This document shows positions 24,377 to 61,115 of a stretch of DNA of 64,000 nucleotides, piece after piece. The position numbers were made by a program, and so were the translations under genes. The notes below the pieces were generated by a model. That model was not told the DNA's origin and searched no databases. It saw only the letters and a list, made by a program, of their open reading frames with translations. The stretch spans positions 10,419,355-10,483,354 of the forward strand of contig CAVNZM010000006.1 in NCBI GenBank assembly GCA_963693365.1, given 5' to 3'. Source of the stretch: Amoebidium appalachense (Eukaryota; Protista; Ichthyosporea). Numbering within the stretch: position 1 is the first letter of the stretch; the number at the start of each line of letters is the position of its first letter.

Positions 24377-25223
24377 ATTCAGACCTCCAGTGCCCTGGTA
24401 TTTCTGGGCAAAGGCTAGGCCGGCACCCAGGGGGGCCTGTGCACCGACAATGCCGTTGCCCCCAAAGAAGTTGTCCCAGTACATGTGCATGGACCCGCCC
24501 TTGCCCTTGGACACACCGTCAGACCGCCCTGCACTGCCCATTAGCAACGTGCACGGTGCACAAACACATGGTGCTAACTAGTTGCACACATATACACATG
24601 GCTTCATTCTCTTCGATGGCTACTGCACTGCAGTTACGGTTGCAATAGGTACGGCCTCCAGTGCACACCCAGAAATGTATGTGGATGTGGATGCCGCTGC
24701 TGTGTCCACCACCATTTGAAACGTGCAGCATCCGACGGCCACACAGCACCAACCAATGAAGTATGAGGTCATTCAGAGCAAGAAGACAACAGAAAAAAGG
24801 GAAACTGAAGTGGCAGGCTAGGTGGTGGCCAAGACCTACCCAAGAGCTCAGCCAGAACACCGAGCACACTGGCGCCGTGCAGGTAGGTGAAGCCGTGGCA
24901 GCGGTAAGAGGTGATGACGCTGCAGGTCAAGGGCAAGTCAGTCACCTGCCACCTGCTCGGATGACACCCCCCTTCCCCTCTCCCGCACTTCTTCCTTCCC
25001 CCCCCCCTCCCCCACCAAACACGCACACACACACACACACCCCCACACACACCACCACCATCCCCTCCCAAGCAGGGCACTTACTGGTCCTTGCCTGGCT
25101 GCAGCACACTCATGATGCCCCCGGCAACGGCCTCCTGCAACCCCAACACGCCGTCAGCACCTAGCCTCCCCCCCCCCCCCCCTTTCCCCCCGCCACAACC
25201 ACACACACAGGGAAAAACATCCA

Positions 25224-25263
<40 letters not shown>

Positions 25264-25305
25264 CGCACACACACACCACCACCACCACCACCACCACCAC
25301 CATCA

Positions 25306-25339
<34 letters not shown>

Positions 25340-28007
25340 GCACAAACCCACACGCATGCACACACACCCGAACAGACGCACAATACCACCACCGATAGCT
25401 ACACACAAAGAACAAGTATACTTTCTGTTCTCCCTGTCACGTCTCATATATCCTGCCAATTGCACACAGTTCCAGAGCAGTGAGAGTAAACCTTTCCCTG
25501 CATATCCCCCCCCCCCCCCCCCCCCTTTCCCCGTCCTCCACACCCCTCGTTACATGCAGTCAACGATCTAAGCTCCACTATCCCCCCCCCCCCCCCCCCC
25601 CCCCTCTCCCCCCCCCCCCCCCCCCCAACAGAAAAAAAAGCAATCACCGTAAATTCATACTCAGGCAGTAATCAAGCAAGCCCTTCCATTCTTTAGCAGT
25701 CCCCGCGCAAGCCCGTTTCCCTATTAAACCCTGCCCAGCCAACAATAGCCCAACACACAGACATGACACACGTACCTGACCAGAATACAAGTGGCAGAAT
25801 CCGCGGATGAACTTGGCTTTGTAGAGATCTCTGTTGCATCAAAATATGTCAGCAGGGGCAGTTCAGGGCTTTGGGTTGAAAGCATTGTTGCCAATCATTC
25901 TGCTATGGTATATATGTTGTGGTCCACAAGCTATTCAAAAGTTTGTGTGTTTTGTGGAACTCGCTTGAATATCCCAACTCAGCTTCATGTTATACACGGC
26001 TCAGGAGTAGGTAGAGATTCCTCTGTGAACGTTCCCTATTGCACCTATGCACACATACAAGCATTCGCAAGCAGTGAAGGCAGTGTCTTGTGCGCATTCG
26101 TGTATACATGTGAACGACCTACTCCCTCATTTCCTTTGCTTGCTTAAAGGTTATGAGTGCTCTCCCCTCCCTCATCCCCCCCCCCCCCCCCCCCCCCCCC
26201 ACACACACACATATCCACCCACACGCATAAACTTGCATCGTCTGTCCCCCAAGCCAGCCTCCTCCCCCCCCCCCCCTCCAGCCGCCCCCAGAACAACCCA
26301 GCTATAGGGGGTGAGGGCAAGGGGCACATTACGAAGCAGCAGTCTCCATTCCTCCTGATGACCTGCATCTGGCGGTACCACTTGAGGCCCTCCTCGTCTG
26401 TCATGGTGGCCTTGGTGGCTGGGCCCTGGTCCAGTTTGTGCAGGTGCACCTCCTGGTATGGCACAGGCATACATGAGTGGGTGGGTAACAGAATGAGGCC
26501 CATTTATTGTGTGCTTGTGTGTAGGGATTTGGGGACGCAGCCGCATTCAGCAAACAAGCAGTGCGCATATCATAGCTAAAGAAATTGACCCCTGCAATAA
26601 AAAAAGATGCCCAGAAGTGAACACTTGCATGCTGATAAGCATGTTTGCCAAAAGCAGAAAGGAAGTTGAAGGGATACATAACAAAGTGCTGGACGGTAGG
26701 TACAAGCACATAAGAGAGAAGGAGAAGACTCGTTCGGAGCAAGCAAACGCATCTTTCTTATTTACTTCTTTTCTAATATGGAGAAAAGGATCCACAATTT
26801 TGGGGGGAGGGGGGGGGGGGGGGGGGGGGGGACTGTGTCTCTGTGCATGCCAAAGGAATACACTCCGATCACATTATCACTAGCAACAACAGTTAAACCA
26901 ACCAACCAACTCCCCCCCCCCCCCCCCCCTCCCCTCCACATACATACCTACTCCCTCTTTCCCTCTGCACACGCTTGTTCATTTGGAAGCTCGCACACAC
27001 ACACATTGTTCCCCCTGTCTCATACAAGTGGAGATTTTTAACAATTCCTGTGTGTGACGAACCACCACTATCCCTACCACTTGCTTGCTCGGTTACATGG
27101 CCACACACCACGTCCCCGGTACCCTTAAAACATCTTCAGCACAAGGGGGCCTAGGACTCTCTCACACACAGGTACAGGCACGTACACACAAAAGGAGGAA
27201 GTTACAGCGCCAAGAGTTTTTTATACAAAAACAGTTACCAATCTACATAAACAAGCAACGGCTGCATCAATCTTTTCTTTAGCCCTCCAGAGGCTTCAAT
27301 TCTTCAGCTCAACCCCCTCCCCAACAATCACGTTCCACAACCCCCTCCCCCCCTCCATCACCACTCCTAACTTCCCCATCGTCTACGTTACAGCCTCGTA
27401 TCAACCTAGAAGCTTGTGCACAGAAAACTATCGCATAATTCTAAGCAAGGCACTCTTAAGAGCTCACTCCCAACCACCAGACAGTCAAACAAGGAAGGAG
27501 TTTGAAAGAAGGAGGGAGGGAAAGCAGAAAGAGAAGGGGGGGGGGGGGGGGGGGGAGGGGGGGGGAGGGGGGCAACCGGAAGATCGAAGGTGGCCTCTGC
27601 CCTCCGGGTAGCTGAAGAAGAGAACATGCGCACAGCCAGGGGGCGGATCACTGACTGGGTTTTCTGTTATGAGCTAGGGTTAGAAGGGGGAAGGGCTTAT
27701 GAACGACCACCCAACCCAGACCTGTCTCCCTCTCAGCTTCTGACTCTTCTTAGTCCACATGTACGTCTGTGCCACAACATGAATATATCCATGCTGTTTT
27801 TCCCATAGGAGGGGACATATTCGAGCTTCTGCCAAGCAAAATCGGTGGACTTTCTTCAGGATTTCCTTTGGATGTTAAATGCAGATGATGAAGTGAATCA
27901 CTTGTGAGCCTCGCTAAGGGCCAAACAAGAGGGGTTGTTTTGGCGAGCATGCTTGTACTTACAAGGCCACCCATGGCGCGTGCAACAGAGGACACCATCA
28001 TTTTCAT
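20647..28007 (-). CDS. PDHA1: Pyruvate dehydrogenase E1 alpha subunit, mitochondrial (~13 exons)
   Basis: Exons encode a mitochondrial-type leader ([38 protein letters not shown]), [117 protein letters not shown] and final [14 protein letters not shown]. One apparent +1 indel near 26350. Confidence 0.97.
21391..21460. repeat. Perfect 35-bp tandem duplication in an intron
   Basis: aaaatcttgtgtcggcttacgttgaagaaaaagga occurs twice in direct succession. Confidence 0.9.
23971..24012 (-). mobile_element. Short terminal fragment of subfamily A repeat
   Basis: tgaatgcggaacacggtacgaagtacgcatacacg is identical to 16419-16453 and lies between two G runs in a PDHA intron. Confidence 0.8.
24225..24334 (-). 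mobile_element. Diverged relative of the A/B repeat terminus
   Basis: gaatttgtcacaagagtacgaagtagac...cggacaacac...cataaacacagcctatcctc parallels the B terminus (gaatg.gtca..aagtacgaagtacac...cggataacac...taagcagagcccatcctc); flanked by G runs. Confidence 0.6.
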
Positions 28008-29082
28008 GTTTTTCTTGCTTCCCACCAAAATACAGAGGTGTCGAAGAAAAACTTAGTGTAGCGCACGGGTGAACTAAAAGCTGCAGTTCGGCGAATGGCG
28101 GATTTTTTTGTGTTTGGCCCAGGGCCACAAAGCTTTAGTGACCAGCCTACCATATATGGGCATCAAGTTGGGGGTTTGGGGAGACCATGATTCGAGAACT
28201 TCAACAAAAGATTAGCATAGAAAATAAGAAGCAAAACGCTGAAGCAGGTCATTTTGTAATTTGTGGTGTGTGAACATTTTTTGAGCTCATTATAGCAATA
28301 CAAGTGAACTTTTTCTGTTTTTGAAGCTTTTTTTTAGAATAATTCTGCTCCTGCCTCCCACGCGTTCGGTTTTGTCTACGGGGACAAATGTGATTGGATA
28401 AATGTCAGCACTCATCAACAGGCCAGCGCATTGATTGGGCGGTTTTTGAAAGCACTTGTTGACTTTGGTCCGCCAGATCTGGCGGGGTCTGCCATATATG
28501 CATTACAAAAGCTCCATCATTGTCAAAAAAAACTAACCAACAAGAAATGCATATACATTACAGAAGCAATTTAATAAGATTTCTGTTATTCAGGCATACA
28601 AATACATTGTTAAACTTTATGGACTTGCATAAACGCTCTTGCTCAACAGCGGCGTTCACGTGTTCCGCAGTCCATTGGATCTGACCCATCATCGGCTCGG
28701 CCACTGAAAGAGGCACTTCAACCACGAATGTTGCCGCCATGGCCCGCGCGCCAAAATTTGAAACTATTATAAAAAGTTTGGTCACAGGCAGCAGCATGAG
28801 GCTGTGGCTTCTGGTCTGAACATGTAGTCTGCAAGGCAATGTCATACTAACGCCCTGCGGCCTGCTTGTCATCACGTGAGTGAGAGTTTATGGAGTACGT
28901 GAGCAGGATGCACTGTAGTAGTAGTGCCCATGGCCATGTCGACATATGCAGTAATGCACTGTCGGAGCATCGGGAAGCCCACAGCATGATGTCCCAACCA
29001 GTACTACAACGAATGTGCGCTATGTTGCACACCAAGTGGTATTATCCGCAATTTGTATGTGACTATGGATGCATAATATGCA

Positions 29083-29173
<91 letters not shown>

Positions 29174-30042
29174 ACTTAGACATGGAGTGTACACACACGT
29201 GCAGCCATCCTGTGTGTCAGACACGGCCCCATAGTAATAATATCTGCACTCTACCACCATACACATGTAAGGGACGCTTAAAGTTTTGGAATCATAAATT
29301 GGAGGGAGCCTCAGGGGGGGTTGGGGGGTTGGGGGGGGAGCTGCACTGTGATATTGGGGCAAGGAGGGTGGCCAGGGGGGGGGGGGGCTGCTCTGGGGGC
29401 CTGGTGGCCGACCCATCCCGTGACCCTCCATCAAACCGGGGGAGGGAGGGGGGATGGGGGAGGGAGGGGGAGGGGGAGGGAGGAGCCCGGGGGGAGGGGG
29501 AGGGGGGAGCCCGGGGGGAGGGAGGGAGGGGGGGAGGGGGGAGGGGAGGGGTGGCGCGAGGCGGGGGGACCCACCACTCACCTGAGTACTAGGCGAGTCT
29601 CACCCATCCTCCCCCCTCCCCCCATCCCTCCCCCCCCCCCCCCCCCCCCCTCTCCCCCAGGGCTTAGGCTTCTAGCTTGAAGTTCACGGTGATCACTTGT
29701 CAATGAGACTCACGCATAATAGCACAACAGGCATACATAAGATACCCTTCCCCCCTCGTCCTCCAAGTATTGTAGATACCACAATCGGTTCAACTTGATG
29801 GGTGAGGCCACGGGAATCGGAGAGATGTGTTTGGTCATCGCACGTCCGGGGGGACGGGGGGGGCTTGGGGAAAGGGGGTGTTTAAAAGGGGGGGGGAAGG
29901 GGGGGAGGGCGAAAGGGTCTCCTCCTACCCCTGTGGTTAGCTTTGGGATGGGGGTGGAGAGGACCCACCACACACCCCACCGACCAAGTGGGCCGGGGCA
30001 GGAGCAGGTACACCAGCGGGAACGTCGATATTTGCTACTCTT

Positions 30043-30073
<31 letters not shown>

Positions 30074-30854
30074 CCCCACCCCACCCACACAAACACACAC
30101 ACACACTTTTTCAAAAAAATTGGCCCTAAATTATTGGGCAGCGTAGTACCGTGGGTAAACACAAATATTGCAGATACCACAAGTGCACTTTGCACGCGTA
30201 CGCACAGGGACCTTACATTTGGACCCATCCTCATTTTCGGTGCTGTAATTGCCTCGCCTTGTGTGGTAAAGAGGGGGGAGGGGGGTAAAATTTGTGAAAG
30301 CAGACGAATATGAACGGCTAGTGTTTGAGCTACACTGGGTCTATTTTTTTGTTAACTTTCAGCTGATCAGGGTAATACTATACTCCAAGTAAAACAATAT
30401 TTGCTGTCGAAATCGGCTGCCTCATGCATACACTCCCAAAGGTACGTACCAGACAAATTTATGCACCGAGAGGTCACTCAAATGCAAGAGTCTGTGGTCC
30501 AGACTTTACTTTATTGAGCTATACATATCGTGTGTCTGTAGCTATGTTTTAACATACATGCATTTTGAACGTCTAGGCTTGGCCTACTCAAGCTACCCAG
30601 GGTTACTACACACATAGCAATTGCAATCGATGCATTATAATTATCTTGAGACAATGCTGTTCAATTGATTAATTCGCCTTTATGCTCCAATCACCTTTAA
30701 TTAGTCCCCAACTACTATATTCAACTCTGCATACATCTAAGGCCCTGCAGGCATGTTTCATCTGCAAAATATATACTTACAACATTCGCCAATCATCTAA
30801 ATTGTTTATATTTAAATCACCCGCGGTGTAGATCCCGTACTTAGCACCGTCCGT

Positions 30855-43051
<12,197 letters not shown>

Positions 43052-43369
43052 TTTGGCGCGATGTTTATTGTTTGCAACAAGCAAAGCTCATGTTACGGAA
43101 AACACCACAAAGGCTAAACTATCGTGTGGCTGGATCTACTATCTACTTGTCGAGTTCAACCCACGACACTCACTCACCGACAACTGATTGTTCAGTTTAG
43201 CCACAAAAAAACTCCTTTTTATAAAAATATTATGTCTGTGAGACGCAAAACTCTTTGCTGTCGCTCACTTTCTGCACTTATTGTGTTCAAGAGGCTCTAA
43301 GCTATGTACTCTACTGTATACGTAAGGTGTAGCTTTCAGCCCGTCCCGAAGTTTCCAAGTTGGTGCGCA

Positions 43370-43520
43370 AATGTCCAATCATGGACGTGGTTGCGAAAAT
43401 TGTTCAAGGGTAGCCAATCCGTGACGTTTAGAATGATACCTTATTGGCCAATCCTACATTTTCAAACACTTGATTGGCTAATAGATTTCACACAGCACCA
43501 CAACAGCTTACGTCATTGCC
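43370..43520 (-). promoter_or_regulatory. Putative merlin promoter: clustered CCAAT boxes and CRE-like half sites
   Basis: ccaatc at ~43375, ~43414 and ~43448; attgg at ~43443 and ~43473; tgacgt/acgtca at ~43422 and ~43510. Located 320-470 bp upstream of the ATG at 43051. Confidence 0.5.
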
Positions 43521-45103
43521 GGATGATAGCCCACGGTGAGTCTTGACCGCACGGGACCGGCTTATAACTTATCGGCCTGCCACTTTGAGTCTTTTTAAGT
43601 GTTGTCTCCCAGCGGCTTCTCTGACATACTGTGTATGTCCCGTAGCGTAGTATAGCCCGAACCATTATGTAGCCAGCGGGTACACGCATAGGAGACAAGA
43701 TACTAGGTCCGGCTGAGGCTCCTTGAGTCTCCTCAGATCGTGGCAATATTGCATGCCTCAACCTGCCCAACCCTCTTTGCTTAGCCCGAAGTCACCAGTT
43801 CTGAGCCAAGGCCTCGCTATCTCCCCTGAGCCTCGCATTTTTTCTCCACGGCCCCTGCAGTGACGAGCCGGCTAAATTTCAAACGGTGCCTAAAGCAACC
43901 ACTGTACAAATTGCTATGGGCCTAAACGGCACACATGTGCGCTACATACACAAGACCAGTGTCTGACAGCTGAGGGGGTTTTGGGGCCATAGTACAGTGC
44001 ACTTGGGCAGCCTTTCGAGGAAAGGTTTCAACCCACGTGCATCGGTTTGATCTTCTTCTGTTGCCGGCAGCTGGGGAGCCCCCAAACCATTCACACAAAA
44101 TGTAGCATCGGTTCGTGCACGAACCAGATCTAGGGTCTTGTTCCCTCAAGTCCCTCCATGCATAAACCCGAAGTTGTAAAATGGATTCGGGCTACAGGGT
44201 CGCTTTCGGGACTAACCAAGTCAAGACGAAGAATAAACCAGGATGACGAGGCCCCATGTAGCTGATCCACACAGCACCGTGTACTGTACAGTTAGGCCTC
44301 TTCAGGGATTCTTCACTTGATTTCCTTAGAAACCAAACTTCCAACTATGCTTTTGAAAGCAACAGGTTGCTTGCGCGCCCCAGCTTAGCCTAGGTTAGCA
44401 ACTCCTGATCGAATGAACGTACCATTGCCGATACGTTATTATGCTCACAGCGTGAAGCGAAATACACCGGTCACCCAGGCCGAGGCAAGATCTTCAACCT
44501 TTATATAAGCGTCATATAATGCCAGCTCTTTGGCATCCTGAACTCAAAGTTCACGCCCAATCACTATGTACTGTTTAAAATGCATCATACAAGGGGCTAA
44601 AATGTATAAACCCTTGCTACATAGATCTGGTGAACTCTTTTGTGTGCGACATTGACAGTTCACGAGCGTTTTGCTCATCAGGCAGATTTGTCACTGGTAA
44701 CTGCAAGCCACACCTTGCTTACTTTATTACACACTGGAATACATTTGTCACCTTCAGTCCATAGCTCCACCAGGGAGACTGCTTACTTAGTGTTAATAAA
44801 CACTGATATTACAAAGTCTTGGCCAGTTCTGACGCTTCGTCTCTCCAGGCAGCTGCGCCGAAGGCGTCGCGCGACCTTTGTTGTTGGGGTGGCGGACTGA
44901 TCACATACTTGCTAGTCATCGATCATTAAGTTGTCCGCCAAAAACCATGTTGCTAATAGATAGTTCAGATCACCTCGCTGTACAGGGGCGGCCAGCCGCC
45001 TCAAGTTATACTGCTAGTTAAGTTTGTGTTTGAGTTTGACTCGCGTTTCACAAGGGTGGGGGCTCATATCACCGACACCAACTGTGTCAATTCGATACCG
45101 TTT

Positions 45104-45373
45104 TTAGTTCCACAAACACCGTCTGCACTCATCCTCGCTGTATGCGTAGTCGTATTCGGGCTCGTCATCTCTTGAGCGCGAGTTAATACTGTTGGTGTCT
45201 TCCATAATCACCCGCGTGGAGAACGGACGGATAGAACATATCGGCCTCTCGTCTTGTTCTTCATACTCGAGTTCGTTTGGTGGGGTGGGCGGTAGGTGGT
45301 CATTTCGTTCCCAGTAAGGCGTCTCGTTAAACAGGTCGGGCTGTGTCCGGTCTGTAATGTTGACGTGCACCAT
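45104..45373 (-). CDS. Small acidic orphan protein (89 aa)
   Basis: MVHVNITDRTQPDLFNETPYWERND...DDEPEYDYAYSEDECRRCLWN*. aaaATGG start context; candidate 5'-UTR intron (gtaagt at 45600, tttttttgacag at 45396); CCAAT boxes upstream; CpG-rich and not low-complexity. Confidence 0.45.
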   Translation of the reverse strand: MVHVNITDRTQPDLFNETPYWERNDHLPPTPPNELEYEEQDERPICSIRPFSTRVIMEDTNSINSRSRDDEPEYDYAYSEDECRRCLWN

Positions 45374-46129
45374 TTTAGCGTAATTACTGCACTCACTGTC
45401 AAAAAAAAGCAAGAGACAACCGCAAGCTTCCCGGCCTTTTACAAACTGAAAGACACAATTTTGTGATGCGCTGCAGTACATAAAGACTGCGTACTACAAG
45501 GTACAGATGTAGGGACCAGTGCCGGCAGTCAAGCAATAAACGGCTCCCGAGCGCGGCAAATTTCTCCCTCAGCTTTACGGCGAAGGCTTTTCTTACTTAC
45601 GTACATCCATTCATGCAAAATGCATTCATATTATAAGTTGAAGTGAATTATTATAGTGCCTTGATGGTAAAACTGGTAAAATTACGTCTATAAAATCCTC
45701 TTATCACCATATATTCGACATTTCGCACTGCAGTGATATGCTATTAACTCCACGTACTGACATGATTGGACAGTTAGTTACAGTAAAAACCCAAAATTTT
45801 ACGGGCGTCACTTTCTACACATCTCTTTGGCCAGTGCTCTAATAGATGCTTTTCGATTGGCTATCGTCCACTCTTTCATGATGTCATCTCAGCGTCGGCG
45901 AGTCAGCCGAGTCGAACGGCCTTCCAGACACGATGGCTTGGAGAGATGCCCAGAAACATCCGTTTTCAGCGATATTTGCAAACAGATTTTTTTTTATTTT
46001 AACTTTATTAAATATCTCAGTAATAGCACATGAAAGTCCTATATAAATTGGAAGGGGTCTTTGGATCGCTTCTGGTCGGGCAGCGCCGCAGCGGGCTGGC
46101 ACCTCTTCAAAAGGAATGCAGCGTGGTTA

Positions 46130-46284
46130 GTGGGGGATAGGAGATGCTGGGGGGACAGCTCTTAAAGAGAATGCGTATTCAAGCTGATTGGTCAACAACA
46201 AAGCCAGCATGGGCACATGGGGACCACGCTGTAGTGATCGAGTGGAACACCTAAGAGCTGTCCCCCCAGCATCTCCTCCCCCGC
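46130..46284. mobile_element. MITE (~155 bp) with TA target duplication, Tc1/mariner-like
   Basis: Perfect 26-bp inverted repeat aggagatgctggggggacagctctta (46139-46164) / taagagctgtccccccagcatctcct (46252-46277), extendable imperfectly to 46130/46284, with TA on both sides. Confidence 0.7.
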
Positions 46285-47944
46285 TAAATCCCTCCGACCC
46301 CCTTTCTTTTTGCAATGACTCCCTCTCCCCTAATTTACACTTTTCTGTTAGAGCAAGGCATTAGAGCTGTGATAAAACAATATGTTGAATTTCTGAGTCC
46401 AAAGACTACAAAGTGTATATCCGAACACTACGGGAAAGAAATCTGTGAGAGTGCGCAGCTTCAGTTTGATTTAAAATTGCTTTATAGAAAATTTAGAATT
46501 TTCCCAAAATCTTGCGACTTTGCTGAGGCTTCAAAGTAATCACCAGGCCTGGATGGCTAAGGCTGTTTGCGCTTAAAAGGGAAAGAAGTATAATATATGC
46601 AAAAATAAAGAAACTTTATCACATGTGATTCGAACTATCGATAAAAAGAAGTTGGCGCCTTGCAACGCGGCGTTACCCACTGAGTGAGTGGCGAAATTTC
46701 AAACTAGGGAGAATATCTTACGTGGGGCGCGGGTACAAGCGATTCAACAGGGCTTGAGATATGTTTTAGGAGTGGTGGCTTGTTTGAAAGGTGGCGCATA
46801 TATATTTTGGCAACTTTGCCTGTATTCCACTTCCACTCCACTGGGTTATATATGTAGTGTTTAGGTCCACTGGCCCTGAGTTCAGTGGACCTGGCGCTCC
46901 ACATCAAATGGCTTTTTCGGGTTTCAGGTGGCGTTTTTAGGTCCAAGTGGCACTGTAATTTCTGGCCCTGCAAGCGAACAAGAGACCTGCCAGCACTTTG
47001 TTGTAACAGCCAGCATGCACAATGCATCATGGGGAGTAAAAGAAGGCCTATTTGTAGTTCGTGTTCATTAGGCGATATGTAAACGTAAACGTGTTGCAGA
47101 GGCGAAAGGCACCCGGCTTGCAGCAAAGTACACTCCGGCCACTACTCCTGCCGGGATCCGTGCATATGCGACTAATTTCCTGCGTTTGGTAGCGCTCTTC
47201 AAGTTGCTAGCTCTTTTGGCAAGTGTCAGCAGTCAATAACGAAAATTACGGGACTAAACCATGGTTTATGGTAATTATTTAGTATCAACTTCAATCCTTG
47301 AGGCCTTTCATGGCACAACTTAAAAGGACAGCTGCAGTCCGTCACATGCTAAACTAGACCGTTGAAGCATCCCCCCATCCAAGTTGGGTTGGGATGGTCA
47401 TGTATTGTACATATCTCGACTGGGGCGCCCGCTTTCTTGCAGCTAAGATTATCAAATACAATGCAACCACAAGCCCAGCACGTGGTTCATCAGTTCATTC
47501 CAATCGTTCCATTCGCATAATTAAGGAGACCTATACAATATACCTCAGAAAAGTGCAGCATGTGCTTCAACATGTGTGCTTCATTCGATACCAGTACATC
47601 TCAGATTCTATGACTAGGTTCTTTGAAATTCCTAAAGCAGTTGTTATGGGAACCAACTACAGTACTGCATTTCACATGCAGGCATGCATGCCCATTCGTT
47701 CACTCTATGTTACCGTTACTAAGTCGAGTGACTGGAAACATGGATTTCAGAGAAAATGTGTCTTACGTCTGTCTGTGTGTTGGCCACCGGGACGGACCCA
47801 CGTCGTTGCAGTGTTGCCACCAGCGTTCGAGTTGGCCGTCTTGTTACTTCACGTTTAGCCCGGCGAAGTCAAACACCACTCAAAAGCGCAGTAATTCTGT
47901 ATGCATTAGGCACATAAATATCTACAAGGTGATTGTGTCTGCCA

Positions 47945-58876
<10,932 letters not shown>

Positions 58877-59424
58877 GTTGATTATGACTGGGAGACTGAA
58901 AGGAAAGCACAGTCGGTGTGCATGCAGAAAGGGCTACACTGGATGGGCAGACAGGAAAAAAACCGTCGTGGGCAGGCAGGAAACTCAAGAAACAAAGTTT
59001 TGGCCCGCCGCGGAACAAAAAAAGGTGACCAGCTTCCACAGCTTCAGACAGCGCCTCGTCTTGACTGGTCACACTCACGAGATTCACGAGTGACTCACTG
59101 GTGTCCTCTCTGCGAATGAACGGCGAGAATAGAACGAATAGATCCCCGCGCAGTTTGGCGACCAGGAGTCTGCTTCTTGCAGGGGGTCCTAGGCCTAGGG
59201 GTCCTTGCGAAAGCGCTGAGCAGGGTTTCTGACCAAACGCTGGTGCACGCTTGTAGCTGTCATTAGAAGTGCTTCCATTGACAGTGAAGTGTTCAAAACG
59301 CTGGACGCGAAAAGCAGAGAGGCAAGACGTTGAGCATGTTTCAGAACGTGGAGTCCCACCGGAGTTTGGGATCCAGGAGCCCTGGGGGACTCAGGAAGGA
59401 GGGGGTGACGGGGGGAGAGGGACC

Positions 59425-59466
<42 letters not shown>

Positions 59467-59626
59467 AGGGTCGTCGTCAAAAGACACCGGAATTATTCCT
59501 GTAAATATTCCCGTAAAGTTTGCAACCCCACCCCACCCTCTCTCAGTTACTACCGGGTAAACACAGTGAGTCACTGTGGGGGATTTCCTGCATCGTACAT
59601 GGCAGCGTAGTTCTTATCATAAGCAA

Positions 59627-59781
<155 letters not shown>

Positions 59782-59954
59782 TCCATAATTTTTTTTATCG
59801 GTTGTTTTGGGTATTAATTAACGGTGGTAGCCAGATTTTTTTCTTCTTCTTCTTCTTTGCCGGGTTGTCTTTGGTTGGGGAGGGGAAGATGTGTGTGTGG
59901 GGGGGTGGCTGGGTTAGATAAATAGCTTTGAAATGTGACACACACACACACACA

Positions 59955-60022
<68 letters not shown>

Positions 60023-60036
60023 GTGACACACACACT

Positions 60037-60077
<41 letters not shown>

Positions 60078-60139
60078 TCTTTTTTCGTGTGGTTTTCAAT
60101 TTATGATGGCTGAGTTTTTTTTTTTTTCTTTGGGTGGGT

Positions 60140-60172
<33 letters not shown>

Positions 60173-60295
60173 CTGGGGGGCTGGGTTAGAGGCAAAGCTC
60201 TTATGCTTTCACACACAAAGACACTACACATACACACGCGCGCACACACACACAATCTACGTTCTTTTTTTTAGGTTGCTTTAGGTACTGGGTTT

Positions 60296-60380
<85 letters not shown>

Positions 60381-60611
60381 CGCGCGCGTGCGTGTGCGTC
60401 ATAAGTTAAGAGGCATAGCTTCTACAGTGTGTGTATGCAGCCTGCTCCTCTTAACCTCTCTACGGTACACCTTTTTAGAAATTTTGGAGGCTCACCGTGT
60501 CGATATAGATTGGCCTCCTTAGAACTCTTGATACGAAGGGAAATCGTACTTTGGTTACAGGTTTATATCGTGCGGTTCTCAACAAAGGAGAGGGGGCTGG
60601 GAGAGGAGAAA

Positions 60612-60645
<34 letters not shown>

Positions 60646-61115
60646 GGAGGGGGGGGGGGGGGGGGGGGGAGCAGGAGGCACACGGGGAACGAGATTGCGG
60701 GTATTGTACGCCCAGGACTGTCAATTATTTATGTCAGCAGGGGGCCCAGCCTCCAATCAAAACTGTACATTAAAAAGTATTTCGCACATGGTTTTTTGCT
60801 TACGTCCTTTCTGGCAGCCTGCTGCCCTTTACATGTATTTAAAATGACACACAGCCCAAGTAGTGGCAAGCTAATCGCATCAATCGGTGACACATTGTTA
60901 TAGTACAACACGGTTTATGCACAGATTCACACCTGCATGTGCACTTGGTATCTCCTCCACTCATTTAACAGCTCAAAAGCAGGATACAGACTTATTTCAC
61001 ATGATCAAGAACCAACGATTCTTCATGTACATAAATTCATATCAGCATCTCATTCAGCCGAACTCTTCCTTCTCTCTTCGATAATCTTCTAATCCAAATA
61101 AAAAAACAGAAATGA

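Noticed and set aside
28558-28875. 105-codon minus-strand ORF upstream of PDHA
   Set aside because: No recognisable domain or splice support; it lies in the PDHA promoter/intergenic region, so I cannot support it as a gene.
46620-46693. tRNA-like A-box/B-box (ctcagtgggtaa ... gttcgaatc) on the minus strand
   Set aside because: Acceptor, anticodon and T stems do not pair; at most a decayed tRNA or SINE head.
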